The notes under the pieces were generated by a model. It made no database searches. It was given only the letters and a program-made list of their open reading frames with translations, and had not been told where the DNA came from. The translations under genes and the position numbers were made by a program. Of a stretch of DNA of 64,000 nucleotides, positions 42,191 through 54,420 are shown piece after piece (position 1 is the stretch's first letter; every line of letters starts with the position of its first letter). The stretch lies in the NCBI RefSeq assembly GCF_006345805.1, contig NC_042999.1, forward strand, positions 80,414,001 through 80,478,000, written 5' to 3'. The stretch comes from Octopus sinensis. Its lineage: Eukaryota.

Positions 42191-43200
42191 GAAAGTGTCA
42201 ACAAATATGTACCTTTTTAATTCTGACCTTTACGCTGTGAAAGCAAAAGGATTGAATCCAATAATACCAAAAAAAAAAAATAATAATAAAACCAGCAAAG
42301 ATACTCCCACAACTTGTGATTGTGCTTACAGTATGTTCACAAAGAGAAACACCTACAGTTTGTTCACAAAGTTTTACATGCATTAATAAAGTCTAGGCAT
42401 TAACATAACACGAAATAGAATCAATTAAACATTTTCCCTAACTCCTTTCCATAAGAACCAACCTTAGAAACATAATTACCACTCTGCGCAAACCCACAGA
42501 GTCTACATTAAGGCAAGACTAGCTTAAATGCATCGCTGTTCGACGTCGGCTTAGCTGGCCGAAACTTTGAGCTTACAGTCTACAACATTATTGTTTAAGA
42601 ATAACAAGTATGTATAGAGTAATCCACCAGATTAATGTAAAACATTTAAAAAATAAATTATAAATGAATATAAAGACAAACGTTAATATAACATCTATAT
42701 TCGTGTATGTTCAGCATCTATACGTCTATGTAACTGAAATTTTGCATAGCGTTATACCATTTTATTGAGAAGCTCATAGAAAGTATAGCGTATTCAAATA
42801 TTGTTACTCGAAGTTTCAGAGAGAAAAAAAACAACTTGGGAGAAAAACTGGTAAACTTTTATAACCCTAAAATCTGTAGTATATACTAGAAGTAGTTAGT
42901 GTTGCGAAAAATAATTTAAGAAGACTAATTTAAAAAAAATATATTATATTACGTTTTAAGAAAACAAAAACGTATATTTCACTAGAAGATAATGTAAATA
43001 TAAAAGTAATGCTTTCTTTCTATATTTGTTCATCTTTTCTCGCTTTTTATAAATATCAAATTGAAAAATCTGGTTTGTTTGTAAACAAGAAGTTTGAGTG
43101 AATTAATACACTCTGACCAAGTGAAAATCATCATCAGGGAAAACGTGATATATATATATATGTGTGTGTGTGTGCGTGTGTGTGCACGTATGCATGTATA

Positions 43201-43265
<65 letters not shown>

Positions 43266-43439
43266 ATATATATATATGTGTGTGGATGTGTGTGTGTGTG
43301 TGTGTGTATGTGTGTGTGTGAGTGTATTTATAGTTTACTGTTCCGTTATGTTAGGATCAGCAAAAAGTACTCCATCCACTGAGAGATACATATCATTTGA
43401 CGTGCACAATATTGAAATATGAACTGCTCACAGAGGCAC

Positions 43440-43830
43440 TGTAATTAGGCCTTGTTTGATCGACTCTGTCGTCTAAGTGGCCGAATACGCAGCAGCGCTT
43501 GAAGATGACGTAATAGAAAAAACATTACGTCGGTTTATGCGAAGTCAATTTTAAAAGACGTTGTATAAACCTTCAGTCTTCTTTCTAGCATGTCAGCAAA
43601 AATAAAGCCAAAAAAGTTTCCTAGCGATTTATGGGGTGGGAAGACAAACTGCAGATCACGTATAATCAAGTGAGGAATAACGGAGAAATCAGTGCTATAT
43701 GTAAAGAGGGCAAAGAGATGTAACTTTTGCGTAGCTGAAAGATCGTATATTCCCTTTAGATCCAAGAATTCCACCAAACTACTTGATTCAAAGTCCATAA
43801 TTTCCAGCGAATGTCGAACTGGAGGACACC
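43440..43830 (+). mobile_element. decayed Penelope-like GIY-YIG endonuclease fragment (same C-terminal type as the 23-kb units)
   Basis: HYVGLCEVNFKRRCINLQSSF (from 43523), then IIK*GITEKSVLYVKRAKRCNFCVAERSYI...KLLDSKSIISSECR. This fits YIG.TE..FK.R..NH..SF...IKW.I....Y....KRC.LC..EK...LLN.RSE..S.CRH. Confidence 0.72.
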
Positions 43831-44699
43831 ATTCTTCCAGGTTGAGCAGTTGTCTCGCATACTTTGGGCTTCTGCCCGTTTAGTTATTCTATACCAGCAA
43901 AATTAGTTATTATTTCTACGGTCAAATTGTATGTAACCCTTAATTTTCTTTCTTTTCTTCCCTTCTTTTACCGTTTCTATTCATCCATTGCCATTTCATT
44001 TCAGTTTTTGCGCCAATCTTCTCTATTTGTTTGTCTCTTTGTTTCTCATGCTGAAGATTGCTTGGTAACACAAGGCATATTATATAAATCTGTTTGACTG
44101 CAGTGTCTCTATTGCATAAAATTATTAAACCTCTTATTTTGATACTGTGTACGTTAAATTATACAGACACAGACATATATGTGGGAGTTTCAGTTTCACA
44201 TAGTCATTCTTGCGGTATTCTTAAATTTGATTCCAACGAATCGATTCGGAAGGTATGCTGTTTAGAGGGAAGGTAATTCGTCGATAATATCAACACAAAT
44301 GCATGAGTTGTCCTTTATTTTATTCACTCCATAGAATAAACGGCAAAGCTGGTTAGTGTCAGATATGAGCATAGACCACAAAGCTTTTTACTCGATACAC
44401 TAAAGGTTCCGCCAGCTCAAACTAATAAACAGTATTTAATATATGTATATTTACGCGGACACACACACGCACACATATACACACATACATACAGATATAT
44501 GAATTTGTGTGTGAATTCTATTCACTAGAAATGAATCTATCAGACTATACAAATTTTAATTAAAAGCTATAAGTAATTTGATTTTGCCCCGTACTGCTCA
44601 TTTGCTACAACGTGCACCATTAGCTACATTCATTTATATATAAATATACACCAATTTATATGAAATTCAAATACTTAATTAAACCTGCCTCTTTGTAGG

Positions 44700-44815
44700 A
44701 TTGTTTTGCAAAATTGAATTTTCCATAAGTGCTATTTGTACAATTGTTTTTCAAAATTTATTTTTCCATAATTAAACCTAACCATTTGTCCAATTGTTTT
44801 CCAAAATGTATATTC
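44700..44815. repeat. imperfect ~44-50-bp minisatellite, about 2.5 units
   Basis: The attgtttt(g/t/c)caaaat...ttccataa unit is repeated. Confidence 0.6.
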
Positions 44816-45820
44816 CTGAAATATATGAAAGGCTAATCTTTATGCTTTCTACAATACCATAGGAATTATTTAAATGAATTTAAATGTAAAAAAAAAAAGA
44901 TAAAATAACTATTCTATTGTAACAGTACTACGTCTATGTTTGAATGTATAGAAATTTTCATCTAAAGCATAAGTATGAACATTTACACAATTCGCAGCAG
45001 CACGGGAGTCCTAGTGTGTGCAGAAACATAAATTTATAGATGAATGTTCTCTCTTACCTGCTGCGCCACACGCACAGTTTTCAGTAACCATAATAAACAC
45101 ACGCACAAAGTAATTGATTAGTACGTCAATGTGAAGAAGACATATACTTACAGACATCTTCATATACACACACGCACACTAAATCAATCACGCATCATAC
45201 ATACATAGATACACATAAGCATGTTCATAGATAAACATAAAAGGATAGCCATATGAATATAGATGCGAATACGTTAACGTATTTGAAGAACCGAATTTTA
45301 ATTAAATATGCAAGACATTTCGTTAATTATTTAACACTAGAATATATTGTTTCCTTTGCCCATGCGCAATCTTAAATTTACATCAGTTGAAAATGGTATG
45401 ACGTCAAAGAAAATGATCGATTGTCAGATTTCTGTAAATAAATTGTTTACGTTTCTATAAAGACACTTGAGAATGATATTTCTTGTTATATAAATAGGAA
45501 ATATTGTACAGTTGCATGAAAGACAAATCACGCAGTACCGAACATAGACTACTTAGAAGCCTCTGCATTCAGTTTTCACAAGTGCTACAATAACACATAT
45601 CAGGTATATTCGGGCTGTAGTCAATGAATCACTGTATGCTTGTCAAATGATTAAAATTTTACAAACCACAATTTAAACTTAACTCTTTTCCACAGTCTTC
45701 AGAGATAAAGAAGCACGGTGTGCTCTACTGCAGCAGACATGCGATTTGGAGTTGGTTGCTCAATAAATTACTGAGATTGGTGTTTGTTGTTCTGCCGTAG
45801 CAGTCTTATTTTCTTACATG

Positions 45821-46040
45821 TACGGAGGGATGCTGAAAAGTCTCTGGCTTTAAGGGTGTCATGAAATGCCTGGTTCGAGATCCAGCATTCAGAGTTCTTT
45901 TACTGGGTTTAGAAAAACTGAAGGACCGCTACAGTATGTTTGTGAATCTAAAAGAGGAACATTTTGAATGATATCATAATTAAATAATCCTCCTGTATTT
46001 CTTTTACTTAAAGCCTGGAATCTTTCGTACCCACCACATC
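45821..46040 (+). mobile_element. small mariner-derived non-autonomous element
   Basis: Begins TA-cggagggatgctgaaaagtctctggctttaag and ends cttaaagcctggaatctttcgtacccacc (degenerate inverted termini). Internal GFRKLKDRYSMFVNLKEEHFE resembles a mariner C-terminus. Confidence 0.55.
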
Positions 46041-46524
46041 ATAATCTATGTTTAAACATGTAATCTTCATTTTAAATTCACAGTTGTCACAGAAAATTTA
46101 GAAAATTGTGTTAAAATGTCAAGTTACTAAAATACTTTTTGGTGCCCATTGAAAAATATTCATTATTTGATGCATTAAAATATAATAAATTATCAGATTC
46201 TGCCCTTTACTCACTCATTTCTAGTACTCTGTCCTCCCCGTCCTTGTACTCTGTCCTCCTCGTCCTTTTATACAATAATTATTAACATGGTCGTTAATCG
46301 TACAAAGTATTCTATTATAGGAATATTTTAGTATCCCTCATATTCATTGTAGGTGGGTTGTCCTTGCCATCTATCCGTCTTAGGACAATAAATTAAATTA
46401 TTCAGGTTTAATTTGCATGAATTGAAGTAGGGAGCAATACGCTTCGCAACACGTCACGAGATTGAATGTGTCTATATTATTACAGGACTTGTGTTATTTT
46501 ATCACGTGAGTAAACTTTTAAGTA

Positions 46525-47088
46525 CGAGGGTGAGTAAAAAAGGAATGCCATTTTGTTTAGGTCAGGTATAATTACAAACACAGCAACATGTATCATACAT
46601 CAAAATGAAGCTGGTCCTCTGTGGATCACATCCCTACTTCTCAACATAGCCACCGTTTCTCTCAATAGAAATGTTCCATCTTCGAATGAGAGCATGTATC
46701 CCTGTCCCCTAAAATTATGTTGACTGTTCCTTGAGTCACTTCTTCACAACAGTTTTCACCTTCTCGTCCCTGGACTATCCTCGTCAGTGGACTATCATCT
46801 CTTCGGCCCCATAAAAGTGAGTTTGAGAGGCAAAGATTATTCCAGTGACCAGGAAGTGAAAACTGTAATGAAGAAGTGGCTCAAAGAACAGTCAACAGAA
46901 TTTTACGGGACAGGGATACATGATCTCATTCGAAGGTGGAACATTGCTATTGAGAGAAGCAGTGACTGTTGAGCAGTAGGGATGTGATCCACAGAGGATC
47001 AGCTTCATTTTGATGTATGATACATATTCCTGTGTTTGTAATTGTACTTGACGTAAACAAAATCGCATTACTTTTTGACTCACCCTCG
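46525..47088. mobile_element. 564-bp mariner-derived MITE built from two inverted 3' ends
   Basis: TA|cgagggtgagt...actcaccctcg|TA. Arms of about 250 bp are inverted. The right arm encodes DYHLFGPIK..LRG....SDQEVK..MKKWL......FY..GIH.LIRRW, a mariner transposase C-terminus. Confidence 0.9.
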
Positions 47089-48417
47089 TAGTTCAGTCCA
47101 AGTAACTAAACATAGATAAAACAGTGTAAAATATTACAACTCGTTCCATGCATTGTCAGCGCAGTAAATTTGGGAAGTAGTTTGTTAGACATAAAGTAGC
47201 TGAACTCTTTTTGGGTATATCTAAGATGATGGATTATGTCAGGATGATCTTCGTAACAAAAGTGACATGACAGCGACTTCACTGGTTATCCAAGCAGTAT
47301 TCAAATATGTTAAGAGAGTTGACATTTGTCATTTCCATACAATACCTTTCAAGTTGTTGTAACTACGTCGATTAATGACCTAATAATGCATAGTTCAAAA
47401 GTTCACGTCCATCTTCGGTATTTCGTTTTGTGTCTTGGTGCGATACTTTGTTCAGTGTTGCATGATCTTATCCTGGCTGTCTGAATAAATACTATGCTTG
47501 TTAAGAAGTCTACTGCCGAAACCTAGAGCCATACATAGGAAAACATTCGTGACCTCGTTTAATGTTAAAACAAAAACGGGTTTAATTCTCAACTCAATGG
47601 CACTTTAGAAGCTCTTGATGAAATTAATTGTAATTATTTCTGACATATTTTTCGAAGCCAAAAAACATTTTCATATTTGAAGAGCAATTCAGTAAATAGA
47701 TATTAAAGATTTGTCAAGATATTTCTAGCATTTTCTTTACCAAATATACGAGGAATGATACGCTAAGTGAAACGGACGAGAATTTACTTCAGATTTTAAA
47801 AGAGAGAAAGGAAATATAAATTAGAATATAACTCGATTATCTACTGTGTCTTTCGAAGAGAAACCCTTCATTAAGTAGCTAATGAGTAGTTTAGAATTTT
47901 ATATGACTTGGTGTATATTGATGTTAATATTTTATTCAAGGTTATAGACGTTGCATTGCAAATGAGGTGAAATATCTACAACTAAGAATCTAAGACAGGG
48001 TCACGATTTAGTCCTAATCACACAAAATAATTAAATTTTTCATAGTACGCAGAATTTCGAATTAACAGCTGTGTCTAATTAATAGTGAGAGAATGGCATA
48101 ATCTGTTGCTACTTATAAATCGGATGTTAAAACAATCCAAATCGAATATAATTAATTACAATGACTTCAATAGTATACGGCTTCCACACGCAGAATTAAT
48201 CGTAAATATTAGGACGAAAACGCTCAGAAAACACATATGCATAAAGAAGGCAGACCAATAAAAACAATTAATAGATACCACTGACAATATTAACATGCAA
48301 TAATAATGAAAACAAATCAAATTTATATTCAGCAGTTTTTTCACTGATATTTCAATTTCCAATACTACAGTTTTGTCACCAATACTGCAATTTCCACAAT
48401 AATATATATTTAAAGCA

Positions 48418-48773
48418 AGGCAGTGAGCTGGCAGAAACGTTAGCACGCCGGGCGGAATGCTTAGTGGTATTTCGTCTGCCGAGGTCAACTTTGCCTTTCA
48501 TCCTTTCGGGGTCGATAAATTAAGTATCAGTTACGCACTGGGGTCGATGTAATCGACATAATCCCTTTGTCTGTCCTTGTTTGTCCCTTCTGTGTTTATC
48601 CCCTTGTGGGTAATAAAGAAATAGATATTTCGTCTGTCTTTACGTTCTGAGTCCAAATTCCGCCGAGGTTGACTTTACCTTTCGGATGTAATTAAGTATC
48701 AGTTGCGTACTGGGGTAGGTCTAATCGACTGGCCCCTTCCTCCAAAATTTCGGGTCTTGTGCTTAGAGTAGAA
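48418..48773 (+). mobile_element. dimeric tRNA-SINE (family of 5216-5447) flanked by a 16-bp direct repeat
   Basis: The first monomer has an internal deletion removing the B box; the second starts at atttcgtctg and includes the B box. aataatatatatttaa occurs at 48398-48413 and 48774-48789. Confidence 0.85.
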
Positions 48774-50155
48774 AATAATATATATTTAAGTCATCCTTGG
48801 TTTCTTTTCAAATCAACATACACCAAAAATAGAAAAGGAAACTGCAATGAGAAGTTAATTTATTTTAAATTCCAGTTAAATGGTAAAGACAGTTACAACA
48901 GTTTTACCTACAATAGTAATTATTTCTAATATTAGCTCCACGCCACTTGCTTATGAGAAGTGATGCAATCCGTTTGATGACCCACAGTATGTGATTAATT
49001 TTTATGTATTATCCTCACTCTTGAACTTTTGAAAACAAGTGGAAAGAAGCCCCAAATCCTTGTTTTTATGAGACACCTGAGATATATCATAAACCTCATA
49101 AAGTTAGAAAAGCTGAGGAATACTATCTCCTTTCTGAAAGCAAAGCTTATTAGCAAGAAAAGGATAATACTATAGTCTGATATATTTTGAGCGTGATTCA
49201 ACACGTTAATGTTATTTCACTGTCACTCAATGAATTTTAGAATACCCAAATAGTCTTAATTAAACTGTAATCGAGATCAACACTGAGGCTGCCACAATTT
49301 TGCCGACCGAGTCAGTACTGGCATGATAAAAATCGTTCGACTTCCGTATGCTAACGTTCAAGTTAAACTCTGTAGCTTTAAATTCGGCACCTGTGAACGT
49401 AAGAGCATGTAAAAGAGTATATAGAGTTTTATCTACAAAAATAAATTACAAAGTTGTTTGCATACTAGGCCCAGAATAGATATTAAAGGGAACACTTATA
49501 TTCCTGTATTTTGCACATGAATTGGAAAATGTGACGTTTCCTCTATGCAATGGTCAAATAGGATTCAAGATTCTAGCCAAAAGTATTCACGTTTCCTTTC
49601 AAAGAAGCGAATGTACACACTGGATGAATATAAATCAGCATTATCTTCTGTTCACAGATAGGCAATGTAAAACCCAAAACCCAGTTTATAATAAATAATA
49701 TAAGTATCTTCAATACCCCTTGTGAGTCTTAGTCATTACATTTGTTGCGTAATTCTGTGTAGGGACATAGTATAGCACAAACTTTACTCAAACACATATA
49801 CGCACATGCACGCATATATTATCTATATGCATGTAGACATGCATGTAGATATGCATGTATGGTTATACGTATATAAAAATCATGGTCTTCATTCACATGT
49901 GTGTAGGTCTCGGTTGTATTTACCATACTTCCGTTTAGTATTTGTGGTTTGTATGCTGACCCAGTGTAACACGCCTAAAATGACATCTGTTTGGGAAGTG
50001 AAACGTATGCCAGCATTTAGCAAATACTATTTCCAGCTGTTTACATTGAAGCGATATGAAATGATTTATTGTTCAAGAGCGCACTTATGGCCGTGGACCT
50101 AACAAATTAGCCAATAATCAATGCCATTTCACTTTATATGTATAATGTATGTATG

Positions 50156-50220
<65 letters not shown>

Positions 50221-51171
50221 CCTACATATATATAAATATTCATACATATATACATACATATATATAAATATATAACTATAAACATAAATATAAATACAAA
50301 TATAAATAAATATATATATATATTACATGACTCAACAAAGTAACAATTTTCATGACCAAATACCATCCATGTCTTAGTATTTGTAGTGGCGGAAGGGAGA
50401 TAAATACCTCCGATCATTCTGAAACTTTTGCTGAATTTGCTACAACAACTAGTGTTACTATATGTCATTACAAAGACTCCCTCAGCCACAAAAATCTCTG
50501 CAGCTGGTACTGGAAGCCTGTAGGGTCTAGTAGGCAAAAATAATTATGGGTAGCACTCTGCTCTACTGAGTTTATTTTTTAAATAACCAAATGCTATGAA
50601 CCAAAAAGGAGGTTAAGGTTTCTGACAAACTTCACAAATGAAAGTGAACGACGCAGAACTTTAACCAACTGCCTACTGAACATACTGTCGCACTATAATA
50701 CTGTAGACAGTTGGTCTGTAAATCGGCACCAGCACCAGAAATAAATTCAAAGGAGCGACGAAGGCTTCTAACTGTTACTACAGAAAAATATACTTACTGC
50801 TGCTGCAATACTACGACCAGCCAACAATTTGTATCATGTAATTTTGGTAAGAGAATCGAGTAAATTTCCAGAACTTATATCATGAAAGATTAATTTAATT
50901 AAGTTATTTCAATATATTTTTACATTTATCTCAGCATTACAAGATCGTCTTTCAAAGCGAATGAAGCCTGTAATATATTTTGATAAAAATGTAAATACGT
51001 ATTTTGCTTTTATTCTTCATAGAGTTCTCAAAGCACTTTCTTTTTGTTTTGTAATTTGAATTTACTTGGCTGTGTGTGTGCGTATAAGTATATACATATA
51101 TGCCTACATGAGTATGCATGTATATAGATATATATACTTATATACACACAAACCCACATATATATGTGTAC

Positions 51172-51253
<82 letters not shown>

Positions 51254-52214
51254 AGAGGCAGACAGACATGCAACACATACATACGTACATGCATCCATAT
51301 ATAAGACCATCATTGTCAAAAGTTTGGCAAAATTATCATAGATAAATTTTACGCATCTCATTGGTGGGATATGTGGGTTTTGTTGAAGCTTGATACTGGG
51401 TGAAGGTTATGCACAGAAGCCCCATCGAAACGGGGAGGAGCGGAAAAGGCAGATTATAATGCTCTTACAGGAGATGAAAAAATCGAAATTCTGCTACAAA
51501 TCACGCTCAGAAACTGAAATCATGAAAGTTACCACAACGCGTGTCTGGAAAAGATAATATATGCTTGGAAAGTTAGAATAAATGTAAATAATAGGGGTAT
51601 ACAGAGAAAATAAACCCAATTCTTTCAAGCACTTTTAAGACTATTTCGTTAAATTTGGAAACCTGTGGCGACAGATAGGGACAGAAACTCAGATGTCAAT
51701 AATCTCTTTAAATGTCCTGATTTCAACTTTCTAACGCTGGTCTGGTTGGTCACCAAACGCTACACGAACCAAAGTCAAATAATAATATATCAAGACCTCC
51801 TATAAGACATAAATCTACTAATCATCTAACAATTGTTGTTTTTCTAGCGTTGGTCTGAAGAGACATATATGTCTGTGTACGATGCCAAGAAAAATAACAT
51901 TTTTATTAAGGTAAAGAATAAAAAAGAAATGAAAAAACTTATGGGTCGCACATGTGCCAAAACTTGAAGGGGTCTAGTTTGCAGGTCATTAATATGATCA
52001 TTATCATTATTGAACAGATTCCCATGAATAAATGTTTCGCTGAAACACATACACAAGCATACACATACAAAATACACCATTTTCTTGATAAACATACAAA
52101 CTTATCCCTTTGAGTATAAGTAAAAAATGCTGCTTCTACGATTATCTTTATTTATAGTGTATAGTTTATAAATAACTATAACGTCTGCCCCTCTGTCTAC
52201 CTCTTATTGCGGAG

Positions 52215-52287
<73 letters not shown>

Positions 52288-52304
52288 ATATATATGTATA
52301 TATA

Positions 52305-53050
52305 CTTCTCGCCTCCTCATCCGTGCAACCATCCGTTCCACCCGCTTTCTCCTTCACTCCCTTGACCACCAACTTCCCCAGGCTTACCTCCTTCTCTCCT
52401 CCCTCTGCCCTCCACTCATCACCCAACCTATTCTCCGCTTCATTCTTAATCTCAACCACCAACTTCACAATTTCCTCATACACACAAATAACAAAAAAAA
52501 CTCCACTACCTCCTCAACCCTTCACCTCCTTACCCTCGCCCATCACCTACATCCTCCCCTCCAGCTCCTCCGACTCCCTCCAATCCCGCACCCGCACCCC
52601 TTCCCCCTGCCCCCTCCACGGTCCCCCCACCCTGACCTTCCTACGCCTACCCCATCTTCACCCAACCTTCCCAACTCTCCTCCCCACACCTCTGCACCTC
52701 CTCTTCCTGACCCCGCTCATCCCACCACCTCGCTTCCTCGCAATGTTGTCACTATACCCCCCAATCTCCCCCTCTCGGCTACCGAGCGCTCTCTCCTCAG
52801 TAAGGGACTCCGCTTCACGCCTCTCACGCGCCAATGTGACTGCTTACAAAATGTGACCTCGTATGTACCGTTGGCGATTTTTTCCTCTGTCTTCCCTTCT
52901 CTGGATCTTTCTTTCTCCTATGTTTCCGACGAAGAGCTCCGCTCGAAACGTTAAACCCTCCTTCTTTCCTGAGCGTCCAATAATACTATATTTGTTCCAC
53001 GTCCTCGCGTTGTTATGTTTTTTTGTGTTTTCTTGTTTGGATTAACTATT
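52305..53050 (+). mobile_element. internally deleted Penelope-like element (N-terminal ORF fragment joined to a pLTR-like end)
   Basis: A Pro-rich frame ends NVVTIPPNLPLSATERSLLSKGLRFTP, matching the PLE pre-RT motif VxNLSxxxLSxxExSLLSKGLxFxP. It is followed within about 30 bp by a pyrimidine-rich tail with a hammerhead-like motif. Microsatellites flank both sides. Confidence 0.78.
52922..52956 (+). ncRNA. minimal hammerhead ribozyme variant
   Basis: gttt-CCGACGA-a-gagc(tcc)gctc-GAAAC-GTT-aaac. Stem I gttt/aaac; stem II gagc/gctc; palindromic AACGTT stem III. The core has C in place of the conserved U4. Confidence 0.6.
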
Positions 53051-53087
<37 letters not shown>

Positions 53088-53121
53088 ACACACACACACA
53101 TACACACACACACACACACAC

Positions 53122-53165
<44 letters not shown>

Positions 53166-53372
53166 CTTATAAGATTCAAGGATCGAGGTGTAGGAAGAAA
53201 GTTAACTTCAAGCAAATCATAGTAATTATGAGAAACAACTTTCAGGGACAATGGTGCTTTATTGAGACGGAAGATTGTGTTTTTTCCCGTATCGAAGTAT
53301 GATAAATGGGAAAAAAGGTTTGCCAGGTATGCGAATAAGAATAGAATAGGTAAGGAAAGAAGTAGATAAAAT

Positions 53373-53650
53373 CCGGGTTACATATATTTCATAGCGAGCG
53401 GATCCTCGAAAATGGTAAATATCCATGCGAGGTATTTGAATCTGATTGAATCTTCCATGTATTTTTCATGAACCTCCTTTCGATAATTTCTGATTGAATC
53501 TTGAATGTGTTAACATGTATCTCCTTGCGAGAATTAAAACTTTCATTTAATCAAGATATCCTTAACCTGAAGAGTAGCCTGCGGTACAGACCTCGCTTGA
53601 ATATTTACCATTTCCGAAAGTCCGCTCGCTATGAAACACATGTAGCCCGG
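53373..53650. repeat. fold-back with ~61-bp arms (MITE- or HINE-like)
   Basis: ccgggttacatatatttcatagcgagcggatcctcgaaaatggtaaatatccatgcgaggt (53373-53433) is the imperfect reverse complement of 53590-53650. Confidence 0.8.
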
Positions 53651-53710
53651 GTCTTGCCTAGTCCTTATATTTAACTCTTGTACACACACGCACACACTCA
53701 CAAACACACA

Positions 53711-53792
<82 letters not shown>

Positions 53793-54149
53793 ATATGCAT
53801 ATATGTGTGTGCTTATGTTTATGTGTGTGCTTATGTTTACGTATGTGTTATATATTTGTGTGCAAGTAAGTTATGATCTGATAGCGGTGTTTACAATCGG
53901 GAAATATCTTGTTTTGAGCGCGCTGAATTACTGCTCATATCTATGATTTCAAAGCTTTCAATGCCTTGCCTAACCAAGTAGGAATACTGCAAAAAATATT
54001 CACACACATTAACAATAATAAATATGTAAATATATTTGTATAACATATATTGGTAACGCCTATGCACATTATACCTCTACTCTCTGGAACACTGGCGGAA
54101 TGATATGAATGATATGAATGATAAATATGTAGAAGCTTCTTGAATACCT

Positions 54150-54420
54150 TCTCGCAGACATTGGCATTCAGAAAGGAAACTAACACGAGGAAAGGGAGGT
54201 GGTGTCAAATCTCAAGACTTGTTTCCTCAAAGTCTTACATAAAGTATCTTTGCAACAACAGTTTGTATTTGTCCAACTGTTTTCCAAAAGTGTTACAGAG
54301 CATGACTATAATTTCAACTGAGACTTTTAAAATATATCTAGTTGCATTTTCCCGTAACGTACCAGATTAGCCATCTGGAAAGTGCTTCATGCACAACACC
54401 AATTCATTGATCCAAGAACG
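54150..54420 (+). mobile_element. decayed CR1/L2-group LINE 3' end
   Basis: LSNCFPKVLQ...TFKIYLVAFSRNVPD*P...NTNSLIQ resembles the same C-terminal motif as 2-127. Confidence 0.5.

Noticed and set aside
42535-42580. Hairpin followed by GAAAC
   Set aside because: No CUGANGA core upstream.
50118-50537. Minus-strand 139-aa ORF as a possible host exon
   Set aside because: No recognisable domain, and it runs into a TA microsatellite.
51855-51873. CTGAAGA followed by gaca-tata-tgtc hairpin
   Set aside because: No GAAA and no stem III or cleavage triplet.
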